Shown here: piece by piece, positions 20,076 to 29,669 of the stretch
How the letters are laid out: every line of letters begins with the position of its first letter
How positions within the stretch are numbered: the stretch's first letter is position 1
NCBI GenBank assembly: GCA_964514775.1
Contig: CAZESN010000001.1
Coordinates: forward strand, 5,224-69,223
Length of the DNA stretch: 64,000 bases
From: an uncultured Rhodovulum sp.
GTDB taxonomy: Bacteria; Pseudomonadota; Alphaproteobacteria; Rhodobacterales; Rhodobacteraceae
Direction of reading: 5' to 3'
Translations under genes and position numbers: made by a program
Notes under the pieces: generated by a model
What the model saw: only the letters and a program-made list of their open reading frames with translations
Databases searched by the model: none
What the model was told of the DNA's origin: nothing

Positions 20076-21092
20076 TTGGATACCCGCCGCCTCAACTCCT
20101 TCGTCAAGATCGTCGATCTCGGCAGCGTCACGCGCGCTGCCGCCGTGCTGCGCATCGCCCAGCCGGCGCTCAGCCAGCAGGTCGCAAACCTCGAGGCCGA
20201 GTTCAGGGCGCAGCTTCTGATCCGCAGCCCGAAGGGCGTGATCCCCACCCCGGCGGGGCTGGTGCTTTATCGCTACGCGCGCTCGATCCTGCGACAGATC
20301 GAGGATGCGCAGCGCTGCGTCCGCGATGCGAGCGAGCATCTTTCGGGAAGCGTCAGTCTCGGCCTCGCGCCCTGGAGCTCGATTTCACGGATCGCGCCGG
20401 CGCTTCTACGCGAGCTGCGCATCCGTCATCCCGGCATCCTGCTCCATATCTGCGACATCTTCAGCGTCACCATGAGCGAACTGATGCTGCGCGGGCGGAT
20501 GGATCTCGCGGTTCTCTACGGCGACGCGCCGCCGAGGGGGCTGCACTACAAGACCGTGGGGCATGAGCATTTCCATCTCGTGGGCCGGCAGGAGGTTCTT
20601 GCGGAGGCCGGCGTCGAGGACATGGCCTCGGGCGCCCAGATTGCACGGCTGCCGCTGATCCTGCCGACCGAGGAGTCGTTCCTGCGACAGATGGTCGAGC
20701 GCGCCTGCGCCGATGCGGGTGGCACGACGCAGGTCGTGGCGGAGGTCTATTCGAGCGATCTGCTTGCCGCGACGCTCTGCGACGGGCTGGGCGCATCCGT
20801 GCTGCCCCATGCGGCGGCGGCGGCGCTCAAGGGCAGCGAGCAGCTCAGGATCGTGCCGATCGGCCCGACACCCCTGACGATGCCGATCTCCATCTGCATT
20901 CCCGACAGTACCGGCCTGTCGGATACGGCCTTCGCGGTTCACGACTTGGTGGCCGAGATGGTGGCCGCAGCCCTTGCCGACGAGCTGGCCTTGGGCGCGG
21001 AGCAGGCCCAGGCAGGGCCAGCCCGGGATACCCTCAGCCGAAGAGAACCGAAGGCAACCAGAGCGCGATCTGCGGGAACTGGGTCAGAATGA
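20076..21092 (+). CDS. LysR regulator, Nac-like
   Basis: LDTRRLNSFVKIVDLGSVTRAAAVLRIAQPALSQQ. Start is TTG 20076 or ATG 20052; 3' end overlaps the convergent dctM gene. Confidence 0.88.
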   Translation: MDTRRLNSFVKIVDLGSVTRAAAVLRIAQPALSQQVANLEAEFRAQLLIRSPKGVIPTPAGLVLYRYARSILRQIEDAQRCVRDASEHLSGSVSLGLAPWSSISRIAPALLRELRIRHPGILLHICDIFSVTMSELMLRGRMDLAVLYGDAPPRGLHYKTVGHEHFHLVGRQEVLAEAGVEDMASGAQIARLPLILPTEESFLRQMVERACADAGGTTQVVAEVYSSDLLAATLCDGLGASVLPHAAAAALKGSEQLRIVPIGPTPLTMPISICIPDSTGLSDTAFAVHDLVAEMVAAALADELALGAEQAQAGPARDTLSRREPKATRARSAGTGSE

Positions 21093-22338
21093 AGACGATC
21101 GCGACCATCAGGAGCAGGAAGGGCACCGTCACCCGGGCGATGTAGGAAAGGCGGTCGCCGGTCAGGCCGTTGATCACGAAGAGGTTGAAGCCGACGGGCG
21201 GCGTCACCTGGGACATCTCGACTGCGATGATGACGAAGATGCCGAACCACACCTTGTCGAAGCCCGCGGCCATGGCCAGCGGCAGGAACACCGGCAGCGT
21301 CGTCACGATCATCGAGAAGCCGTCCATCACCGCCCCGAGGATCAGGTAGACGAGCAGCATGATCGCGATGAGCGTGAACGGCGAGAGGTCCATCCGTGCC
21401 ACCCAGGCGTTGATCGCCTGCGGGTAGCCCATGATCGTGCTCGCCGTGCTCAGGATCGTGGCGCCGACCATGATCAGGCCGATCATGGAGCAGGTCTGGA
21501 TCGACCCGTAGGCGACCTGCTTGAGGGCCTGCCAGGACAGGGTGCCGTCGATCCAGGCGACGGCTGCCGCGCCGAGCACGCCGATGGCCGCGGCCTCGGT
21601 CGGCGTCGCAAAGCCGGTGTACATCGAGCCGAGGATCAGGACGATCAGGCTGAAGACGGGCAGCAGGTGCCGCGATTCCCGCAGGCGCTCGCGGATCGGG
21701 AGCGCGCTGAGGCGACGCTCGGATTCCGGCACGATCTCGGGGTTGAGGATCGCGCGTACCGCGATGTAGCCCATGAACATGCTGGCCAGGAGCAGGCCCG
21801 GGATCACGCCCGCCGCGAACAGGCGCAGGACCGATTCCTGGGCGAGGACGCCGTAGATGATCATGATCGTGCTCGGCGGGATCAGGAAGCCGAGCGTGCC
21901 CGCCCCGGCGAGGCTGCCCATCGAGATGTCGCGCGCATAGCCGCGGCGCAGGAGCTCGGTCAGCGACATCCGCCCCACCACCTGCGTCGTGGCCGCGGAC
22001 GAGCCCGAGATCGACGCGAAGACCGTGCAGGCGATCACGTTCACATGGATGAGCCGGCCCGGCAGCAGCCCGGCCCAAGGCGCGAGACCCGAGAAGAGCG
22101 CCTGAGAGAGCCGGGTCCGGAACAGGAACTCGCCCATGATGATGAAGAGTGGCAGCGCCACCAGATCCGGGACGGTCAGGATGTTGAGCGTGTACTGGGC
22201 CAGCAGCCCGCTGATCGGAATGCTGGTGAACAGGATGATCATCAGCGACGCCGCGATCAGCAGCGCGAGACCCACCCATACGCCAAGCGCGAGGAAGCCG
22301 AAGAGAAAGGCCAGAAAGGCCAGCGCGGACAGGGCCAC
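21034..22338 (-). CDS. TRAP transporter large permease (DctM)
   Basis: ALPLFIIMGE, ISGSSAAT, GTLGFLIPPS, TPTEAAAIG and TPPVGFNLFV motifs; GTG start. Confidence 0.92.
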   Translation of the reverse strand: MALSALAFLAFLFGFLALGVWVGLALLIAASLMIILFTSIPISGLLAQYTLNILTVPDLVALPLFIIMGEFLFRTRLSQALFSGLAPWAGLLPGRLIHVNVIACTVFASISGSSAATTQVVGRMSLTELLRRGYARDISMGSLAGAGTLGFLIPPSTIMIIYGVLAQESVLRLFAAGVIPGLLLASMFMGYIAVRAILNPEIVPESERRLSALPIRERLRESRHLLPVFSLIVLILGSMYTGFATPTEAAAIGVLGAAAVAWIDGTLSWQALKQVAYGSIQTCSMIGLIMVGATILSTASTIMGYPQAINAWVARMDLSPFTLIAIMLLVYLILGAVMDGFSMIVTTLPVFLPLAMAAGFDKVWFGIFVIIAVEMSQVTPPVGFNLFVINGLTGDRLSYIARVTVPFLLLMVAIVFILTQFPQIALWLPSVLFG

Positions 22339-22381
22339 GGGATCCCCCCTAGGTTGATTGCGGTGACGAGGTGGCTTCCGG

Positions 22382-22987
22382 CTATTCGGAAGGCGCGCCG
22401 ACGTAGGATTTCTGCTCTTCGGCGGGGAGGCCGGCCGCAAGCGAGACCATTCGCACGAAAAGCTGGAAGGCGAAGAGGCAGGCTGCGACGGCGAAGATCC
22501 CCTCGGGGATCCAGAGCGGCGTGAGGCTTGCCGTCGAGCGGCTGCCCGTCGCCTGCGAGCGCAGCGCCATGCGGACCAGCGCATGGGCAAGCGTCGCGGT
22601 CATCGCCAGGGCGATACCGCTGGCAACGAAGTCCGCGACCCGCTGCGACCTGGGGGAAAGCGCGTCGAAGAGCAGGCTCACGCGGATATGCCCGCCCATG
22701 CGCAGGGTCTGCGCCATCCCGAGCATGAAGGCCGCGCCCATGAGATAGCCCGCATACTCCCACGACACCGAGAGCATGCTGGTCAGCCCCGGGAAGCTGC
22801 GCGACAGCATGCCGGCGAGGGTCTGGCCGAGAACGAGCAGCAGCAGCGCGCAGAGGCAGCCGATGGCGAGGATCCCCGCAAGGGAGGCGAGGCCGTTGGC
22901 GAGGCTCGCCAGAGCCGCCGCGCCCCTCTTGAAGGCGCCGGGCGGGGGAACGGCCCCGTCGGGGGAAAGCTGCTCGTTCCCGGTCAT
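22382..22987 (-). CDS. TRAP transporter small permease (DctQ)
   Basis: Four TM helices; GGHIRVSL; lies between SBP and DctM. Confidence 0.88.
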   Translation of the reverse strand: MTGNEQLSPDGAVPPPGAFKRGAAALASLANGLASLAGILAIGCLCALLLLVLGQTLAGMLSRSFPGLTSMLSVSWEYAGYLMGAAFMLGMAQTLRMGGHIRVSLLFDALSPRSQRVADFVASGIALAMTATLAHALVRMALRSQATGSRSTASLTPLWIPEGIFAVAACLFAFQLFVRMVSLAAGLPAEEQKSYVGAPSE

Positions 22988-22988
22988 G

Positions 22989-23984
22989 TCAGCGGCCCAC
23001 TTCGGCGAGATAGTCCGCCACGATCTGCTCGTACTGGGGCATCTGCGCCAGCTTGGCGTCGAGGAGCGGGCGCGAGCGCTCCAGGATGTCGTCGCGCATC
23101 GACTGGGGATAGTCGACGACCGTCATGCCGTTCTCCTCGAGGATATTGAGCGCATTGTCCCCCTCGGCGGCCGACAGCGCCCAGAACTCGGGCTCGAGCC
23201 GCGCGGCGATCTCCTCGATCCTGGCCTGGTTCTCGGGCGAGATCTGGTTCCAGGTATCGAGGTTGATGCTGACGATATGGCTCAGCCCGGTGCCGTTGAA
23301 GACGTAGACGTAGTCGAGGAACTCCCAGAAACGCCCGTCGACGGCCGAGGTCGACGAGGTGACGACCGCCGCGACGCGCCCGGATGCGAGGCCGGGGATG
23401 AGCTCGGCCCAAGGCAGGAAGATGCCCGACATGCCGAGCGCGGTCACGACGTCGACGGTGCTCTTGTCGCCGCCGCGCGTGTTGAGTCCGGCAAGGGCGT
23501 CAAGGTTGTCGACCTCGACATTGGTATAGAGATACTGGGCCGGCGTCGGGACATAGTAGAGGAACTTCTGATTGAAAGTCGCGGCCACCTCGTCGAGGCT
23601 CGGACGGAGGTGGTTGTGCAGGACCCGCAGCTCGTCCTGATTGTTGACGAGGAAGGGCAGCCCCTCGACGTCGAAGATCACGCTCTCGCCGTTCTGCTGC
23701 ACGCCAGCCATGTTGGCCATCGGCACGAGCCCGTCGCGCACCGCACGCAGGAGGTCGGGACCCTTGAACCCGAGCGAGCCGCCGCCGAGCACATTGATCT
23801 TGATCTCGTCGCCGGTTGCCTCAGCCACTTCGTCGGCGAACTGCTTCGCAGCCGTGACCATGAAGTTGCCGTCCGGCAGCGGATCGGTCAGGTTGAGGCT
23901 CATCGGCTGGGCAACCGCCTGCGCTCCAAGGCCGACCGATGCAGCGACCGCAATGGTAGCCAGGCATTTGGTGACTGTGTTCAT
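22989..23984 (-). CDS. TRAP substrate-binding protein (DctP), Sec-type signal
   Basis: GGSLGFKGP, LPFL and PWAELIPGLASG motifs; AxA signal peptide from ATG 23984. Confidence 0.9.
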   Translation of the reverse strand: MNTVTKCLATIAVAASVGLGAQAVAQPMSLNLTDPLPDGNFMVTAAKQFADEVAEATGDEIKINVLGGGSLGFKGPDLLRAVRDGLVPMANMAGVQQNGESVIFDVEGLPFLVNNQDELRVLHNHLRPSLDEVAATFNQKFLYYVPTPAQYLYTNVEVDNLDALAGLNTRGGDKSTVDVVTALGMSGIFLPWAELIPGLASGRVAAVVTSSTSAVDGRFWEFLDYVYVFNGTGLSHIVSINLDTWNQISPENQARIEEIAARLEPEFWALSAAEGDNALNILEENGMTVVDYPQSMRDDILERSRPLLDAKLAQMPQYEQIVADYLAEVGR

Positions 23985-24413
23985 GGTATCCCTGTCTCGT
24001 TTATTGCTCGGTCCGTGGTGGAGATTTCCACTCCCGGACATTTGCCGGATCCCGGTGGCCGACCATTGGAGGGACGGCTTCTCGTCGGGATAGACTAGGG
24101 CCTGCGGCCGGAGCCCGCCCAAGAGAAAATCGGACTAGGGTCATAAGCCGTTGCTACTGATCGGTCCGGGCATGGCGCTCCATGCCGACCAGGAACCGCA
24201 GGCTCTCCGGTCCGGTTTCCGGAGCGCCCGTGCGGTGTCGGGCACGGGGCGGTGACGCCATCGGGGCTCGTTTGGCACGGCGTCGGGGCGGGCGTGGCGC
24301 TTGGGCGATATAGCCATCAGATATGACAACTTCTTCGCGAAGTCATCAGAGCAGCGCCTGCATCCAAGGCATCCGATAGGTCCGGATCACACGCCCCACT
24401 CAGAATATGAGAT

Positions 24414-24430
24414 ATTTGTTGACAACAAAT
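24414..24430. promoter_or_regulatory. perfect palindrome, FadR/GntR-type operator candidate
   Basis: ATTTGTTG-A-CAACAAAT about 65 nt upstream of the 24495 gene; contains TTGT-NN-ACAA and a TTGACA hexamer. Confidence 0.6.
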
Positions 24431-24494
24431 CCGTGGCGCGCCATGCACGACCAGCGCGGCAGCCGCTCAGCCGGGCCTGTGAACGGGGAGCCAG

Positions 24495-25709
24495 ATGAAG
24501 ATCACGGAAATCCGGACCTATCTGATGCAGGTCGGTGCGGCAGCACCCCTGCCCCAGGACAAAGGCGGCCTACCGACCGGGCGTGAAGGAGACTTCGCGG
24601 GGTCGCGAAACTGGCTGTTCGTGAAGGTTTTCACTGACGAGGGGATATACGGCGTCGGAGAGTGCTCCGGCTGGCCCAGGGTCATCGAGACCGCCGTGAA
24701 CGATCTCGCACATGTTCTTGTCGGCGAGGATCCGGCCCATATCGATCGGCTCTGGCAGAAGATGCTCAAGAGCCTGATGGGGCATGGCATGACGGGTACG
24801 GTCGGTGGTGGAGCCATGACCGGCATCGAAATGGCGCTCTGGGACATCAAGGGCAAGGCACTGGGTCAGCCGATCTGGAACCTGCTCGGCGGCAAGTTCC
24901 GGGATCGCATCCGCGTCTATGGCCACGCCCGCACAAAAACACGGGCGGACGAGTTGATGGCGCTCGGATATGCCGCGCTCAAGCTGCCGCTCGCCGGCGC
25001 GCAGGATATCGATCGCGTCTACATGATGCGCGACCACGTCGGCCCGAACGTCGACCTGATGCTCGACGCCCACGGACCGTCCTGGATGACCACGCAGGAC
25101 GCCATCGCCTTCGGCCGCGCGCTCGAGGGAGCGGACCTCCTGTTCTACGAAGACCCGGTGGCGCCGGAGAACCTCGACGCCCTGGCGCGCGTGCGCGACT
25201 CCGTCGACATCCCGCTCGCCGCTGGAGAGCGCGTCAGCACCATCTGGGGGATGGCGCCGTACATAGAGCGCAACCTCGTCGACGTGATCCAGCCGGACAC
25301 CGGCCGCGCGGGCGGTATCACGCAGATGCGCAAAATGGCCGCCATGGCTGAGGCCCATTACATCTCCGTGGCACCGCATTCGGGCTCGCTCGGGCCGGTC
25401 GCCGAATACGCGGCCCTGCATGTGCTCGCCACCATACCGAACGCGCTGATGCTCGAGCGGATGGAATTCGACTGGCCTGGCCGCCAGGAGGTGATCACGC
25501 CGTCACCGCAAGTCGTCGACGGGCATCTCGCGGTACCGAATGCGCCGGGCCTCGGCGTCGACATCGTCGAGGAAGAGATCGCCAAATATCCCAGCCGGGT
25601 CAACGTGCGCAACGACGCCGGCGTCTACGAGGCGGGCACGCATGCCGAGTCCACCTACTTCCAGCCACGCCTGAGGCGAGCGGCCACGCTCCGTCGCACC
25701 CCCCAATAG
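24495..25709 (+). CDS. mandelate racemase/enolase-superfamily dehydratase (DgoD-like)
   Basis: NWLFVKV.TDEG..GVGE, ALWDIKGK, LMLDAH, YEDP, AAGER, DVIQPD and APH motifs. Confidence 0.9.
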   Translation: MKITEIRTYLMQVGAAAPLPQDKGGLPTGREGDFAGSRNWLFVKVFTDEGIYGVGECSGWPRVIETAVNDLAHVLVGEDPAHIDRLWQKMLKSLMGHGMTGTVGGGAMTGIEMALWDIKGKALGQPIWNLLGGKFRDRIRVYGHARTKTRADELMALGYAALKLPLAGAQDIDRVYMMRDHVGPNVDLMLDAHGPSWMTTQDAIAFGRALEGADLLFYEDPVAPENLDALARVRDSVDIPLAAGERVSTIWGMAPYIERNLVDVIQPDTGRAGGITQMRKMAAMAEAHYISVAPHSGSLGPVAEYAALHVLATIPNALMLERMEFDWPGRQEVITPSPQVVDGHLAVPNAPGLGVDIVEEEIAKYPSRVNVRNDAGVYEAGTHAESTYFQPRLRRAATLRRTPQ

Positions 25710-25758
25710 AGACGTTCACCGCCCCTTGCTGCGCTCCATAGAAACCGAAAGACCGATA

Positions 25759-26727
25759 ATGCGAACACCAGACGTTACCCCGGAAGAACTCGCACGCTCC
25801 GTAATCGCCGTCCCGCCGCTCGCCTATCGCGCAGACGGCGAGCTTGACAGCGCGCAGAACCGAAAGGTCCTCGATCATCTGGCCCGCGGGGGTGTGAGCA
25901 CGGCGCTTTATGGGGGGAATGCGAACCTCTACAATACCTCCGTGAGCAAGTTCGGCGCGCTGCTCGACATGCTCGAAGAGACAGCCCCCGCCGATACCTG
26001 GATTATCCCCTCGGTCGGCCCTGACTTTGGCAAGGCACTTGATCAGGTAGCACTCCTCCGGGACCGCAACTTCCCCACCGCCATGCTCCTGCCGCTGAAC
26101 TTCCCGACAACCTCGGGCGGTGTGGCCACCGGCCTGCGTCGTATCGCGGATCGGTTCGGTCGTCCCGTCACCACGTACATAAAGTCGGACAACTACGTTA
26201 CGGCGGACGATCTGGCGGCGGTGGTCGCCGACGGGGCGATCTGCGCCATCAAGTATGCCCTTGTGCGCGAAAATCCCGACGATGACCGCTATCTGAGCGA
26301 TCTCGTGGAAAAGGTCGACCCGAGGTACATCGTCTCCGGGATCGGCGAGCGTCCTGCGATCAGCCATCTCGCGAACTTCAACCTGACCGGCTTCACCTCC
26401 GGCTCGGTCTGCATTGCCCCCGCATTGTCCGCGGAGATGCTCCGCGCCCTGAAGGCAGGAGACGTCGCCCGCGCCACCAAGTTGCGCGAGATGTTCCTGC
26501 CCCTTGAGGACCTGCGCGACGGGCACTCCCCGCTGCTCGTCCTGCATGCCGCCGTGGCCGCCGCGGGAATAGCTGAGACGGGGCCAATTCAGCCCTTCCT
26601 GAGCAACCTGGTCGACAAGAGCCTGCTTGCCGCGATCGGCGCCGCCGCACGCGAACTGCTGGCGCTCAATGAACGCGCCCTCGGGGCGTCGACCGACCAG
26701 CTCACGGCTGCCGCGTCACATCCGTGA
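25759..26727 (+). CDS. dihydrodipicolinate-synthase-family aldolase/dehydratase
   Basis: AVPPL..ADGELD..N start; YGGNANLY; YIK and IKY catalytic-position motifs. Confidence 0.8.
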   Translation: MRTPDVTPEELARSVIAVPPLAYRADGELDSAQNRKVLDHLARGGVSTALYGGNANLYNTSVSKFGALLDMLEETAPADTWIIPSVGPDFGKALDQVALLRDRNFPTAMLLPLNFPTTSGGVATGLRRIADRFGRPVTTYIKSDNYVTADDLAAVVADGAICAIKYALVRENPDDDRYLSDLVEKVDPRYIVSGIGERPAISHLANFNLTGFTSGSVCIAPALSAEMLRALKAGDVARATKLREMFLPLEDLRDGHSPLLVLHAAVAAAGIAETGPIQPFLSNLVDKSLLAAIGAAARELLALNERALGASTDQLTAAASHP

Positions 26728-27427
26728 GCCGGCGCTTGGTCTGGCTGAGGTGGAAGCGCATGTAGATCGTGGCGAGATCGGCATCACTCATGGCGATCGC
26801 CTCGACGATCTGGCGGTGTTCCTGGATCACCGCCGATCGGCGCTCGCCGGAGCCGAGCCGGGTAAGGCCAAGGGTAATGTTCATGAACCCTTCGATCTCC
26901 GCCGTCAGGCTGTCGAGCTGCCGCGCGAAAAGATCGTTGCCCGTCGCCGACGCTATAGCGCGGTGAAGTGCGCTGTCGAAGCGTTCCGCGGGCTGGGCGC
27001 TTTCGACCGCACCGACGAAGCTGTCCAGCGCGGCCCGGATAGTCGCCAGGTCGTCCTCGCTGCGCCTGCGCGCAGCGAGAGCGGCCGTTTCGGTTTCCAG
27101 CGCCATACGAACCTCGAACGTCCGCAAGTAAACTGAAAAGTCCGAAGGCTCGACGAAATTGGAAATGGCCTGAGACGGCACACGCGCGAGATAGGTTCCG
27201 GAGCCGCGCCGCGCCTCGACAAGGCCGTCGGCCTGGAGACGCATCAGAGCCTCGCGAACCACCGGGCGCGAGGCGCCGAATCCCTTGCAGAGCGAATTCT
27301 CGGTCGGCAGCTTCTGACCCCGCACCAAGCTCCCGCTCATGATCTGCTCAAGGAGCTGGCCGTACAGAATATCGGCGAGACGGCGCTTTCGCGCAGGCTG
27401 GATATTTATACTGCTCATTCGCTCCAT
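26702..27427 (-). CDS. FadR/GntR-family regulator with FCD domain
   Basis: GQKLPTE..L...FGASRPVVREAL..L...GLVEARRGSGTY; D.ALH..IA.ATGN and EH..I motifs. Confidence 0.92.
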   Translation of the reverse strand: MERMSSINIQPARKRRLADILYGQLLEQIMSGSLVRGQKLPTENSLCKGFGASRPVVREALMRLQADGLVEARRGSGTYLARVPSQAISNFVEPSDFSVYLRTFEVRMALETETAALAARRRSEDDLATIRAALDSFVGAVESAQPAERFDSALHRAIASATGNDLFARQLDSLTAEIEGFMNITLGLTRLGSGERRSAVIQEHRQIVEAIAMSDADLATIYMRFHLSQTKRRLTDVTRQP

Positions 27428-27648
27428 CCCTCCAAGGCTGCCAACCCTTACAATAAGATAAATATATTGACAACTTGTTCGGCCGACTCTAAATTTTCCC
27501 CGGGTGGCCAGCCCTGCTTCTCTCTTGTGCGCCATAGACATCGTCAAAACGAGCCGCATTGCAGCACGTTTGTCGGCGGCGTGAACTGCAATCCCGGCAC
27601 CTGCCGCCCGGATTGCTTCGGCTTCTCTTCAAATCCCAGGAAATCCCC

Positions 27649-28617
27649 ATGCACATCCTCGTCGTCCAGCCGCAGCTCGATATGGTCATAGAAGACGCAG
27701 AAGGACGGAAGGCCTGGCGTCAGCACCTCGAAAGCTCCGCACCCGGAGATACGTTCGAATATCTCTCCAGGGGCGACCAGCTCGCCTCCCGAATTGCCGA
27801 TGCCGATGTCGTGGCGGGCTATGTATCCCCGGAAGCTCTGGCTGGCGCATCGGACCGGCTGACCTGGGTCCACTCATGGGCGGCCGGGCCCGACAAGCAG
27901 TTGTACGAGGCCTTTGTCGACAGCTCGATCGAGCTCACGTGCTGCAAGGGCAACGGGGCAATCCCCCTCGCAGAGCATGCGGTGATGCTCATGATGATGC
28001 TCCAGCGCGATGCCGTCCGCTGGATCGACGATCAGCGTGCCCGCGTCTGGAACCGCCGCACCCATGAAGAGCTGTCCGGAAAGACCTGCGCCATAATCGG
28101 GACCGGCCATTCGGGCATCGACCTCGCCCGCAAGGCCAAGGCCTTCCACATGACGGTAATCGGCATGAGGCGCAGCGGTGCTTCGGCGCCCGGGTTTGAT
28201 CGTATGTATCGGCGCGACCAGCTGCATGAGTTCCTCGGCGAGGCCGATTTCGTCGTCGTCACCGCCCCGCGGACCCCCGAAACCCTGGGCATGCTCGGCG
28301 CCGCCGAGTTCGCGGCGATGAAGCCGACCGCCTATTATGTGTGCTTTTCACGAGGCGGCATCGCCGACGACACCGCCCTGCTTGACGCTATTGTATCGGG
28401 CAGGATCGCCGGCGCCGGCCTAGATGCGCATGGCGAGGAGCCGCTGCCGCCGGATAGCCCGTTCTGGGACGCGCCGAATACCATCATCACCCCGCATAAC
28501 GGTGCGACAACGCCCGGGACGCATCTGCGCGGGCTGGAGATCCTGATCGAAAACCTCCGGCGCCGCCGAACAGGCAAGCCGCTGATCAATGTCGTCGAGA
28601 AGCAGGACGGGTACTGA
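27649..28617 (+). CDS. D-2-hydroxyacid dehydrogenase family
   Basis: LAEHA, IIGTGHSG, SRG, LDAHGEEPLP and TPH motifs. Confidence 0.9.
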   Translation: MHILVVQPQLDMVIEDAEGRKAWRQHLESSAPGDTFEYLSRGDQLASRIADADVVAGYVSPEALAGASDRLTWVHSWAAGPDKQLYEAFVDSSIELTCCKGNGAIPLAEHAVMLMMMLQRDAVRWIDDQRARVWNRRTHEELSGKTCAIIGTGHSGIDLARKAKAFHMTVIGMRRSGASAPGFDRMYRRDQLHEFLGEADFVVVTAPRTPETLGMLGAAEFAAMKPTAYYVCFSRGGIADDTALLDAIVSGRIAGAGLDAHGEEPLPPDSPFWDAPNTIITPHNGATTPGTHLRGLEILIENLRRRRTGKPLINVVEKQDGY

Positions 28618-28637
28618 CCCGTCGTGCTCCTCCCGCC

Positions 28638-29669
28638 TCAGACGGGTTGCGCTCCGAAAGGAACACCGGTGAGCACGCCCGTCTCGCGGAGTTGCTCCAG
28701 AAGGACCGGCGGCGCCGGAATGCCGGCGACGCTGCGCTCCGCCTCCACCACGGCGGCGCGCTCTCCCGGATAGCGCGCATTGTCACCGCCCGCCGCGAGG
28801 TAGGTCCCCAGCCAGCTGTCGATATCGCCGCCGAAACCCGACTCGACGAGGGCCGGGTTGATGACCATCAGAAAGGCGCCCATCCTGGCTGTCGTTCCGG
28901 CCGCGACCTCGGGGGAGTTCGCGAGCAGGCTGTTGCAGAGCGTCTGGACCAGCATGGCAATGCCCATACCCTTGTAGCCACCGGTCGGAAGAACGGCGCC
29001 ATTCCACGCGGCCTCGGGATCGGTGGTCGGAGTGCCGTCCGGCGCGATCGCCCAGCCTTCGGCGATCGGCGTGCCCTCGCGGATCGCCTGGCGTAGATGG
29101 CCGCGGGCGACGACGCTGGCGGCCATGTCGAAGACGAGCGGGGGGCGGTCGGCAATCGGTGTGGCGAAGGCGAGGGGATTGTTCCCGATTGCCCGGCTCG
29201 TCCATCCCGGCAGGGCCATCAGAGGCTGGGTGGCCTGCGCCATGACCCCGATCATGCCGGCTTCCGCCGCCAGCAGCACATAGCTTCCGAGTGCCGCGAG
29301 ATGGCCGCAGTCGTGGACCAGACAGGTCACCGCAGCCTGGGTACGTGCCTGCTCGACAGCGGCCTCGACCGCCCGGACACCGACGAGCTGGCCCAGCCCC
29401 CCGTCCCCGTCGTAGTGCATCATCCCGTTCCGGATCGCAGCTCCGTGGTCGGGCCGCGCCTTGATGCGCCCGTGCATCATCGCGTCGACATAATTCGGCA
29501 GGCGCGAAATGCCGTGGGTATCGATGCCCCGCAGGCTCGTGCGAAGGAGCACCCCGGCCGCGACTGCCGCCTCCGCCTCGCGCATTCCGGCGGCGGCAAG
29601 CACCCCGGCCATCCACTCCAAGAGCGGCTCGACAGCCAGGTGGACTTCGGTCTTCGTTGCAGTGTTCAT
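28638..29669 (-). CDS. Ldh_2-family (malate/L-lactate/sulfolactate/ureidoglycolate-type) dehydrogenase
   Basis: GIDTHG, GNNPLAFA, VFDMA, GGYKG and RYPGE motifs. Confidence 0.9.
   Translation of the reverse strand: MNTATKTEVHLAVEPLLEWMAGVLAAAGMREAEAAVAAGVLLRTSLRGIDTHGISRLPNYVDAMMHGRIKARPDHGAAIRNGMMHYDGDGGLGQLVGVRAVEAAVEQARTQAAVTCLVHDCGHLAALGSYVLLAAEAGMIGVMAQATQPLMALPGWTSRAIGNNPLAFATPIADRPPLVFDMAASVVARGHLRQAIREGTPIAEGWAIAPDGTPTTDPEAAWNGAVLPTGGYKGMGIAMLVQTLCNSLLANSPEVAAGTTARMGAFLMVINPALVESGFGGDIDSWLGTYLAAGGDNARYPGERAAVVEAERSVAGIPAPPVLLEQLRETGVLTGVPFGAQPV

Noticed and set aside
19179-21092. 637-aa ORF suggesting a PxpA-LysR fusion
   Set aside because: PxpA is in another frame and stops at 20007; only the part from about 20052/20076 is LysR.
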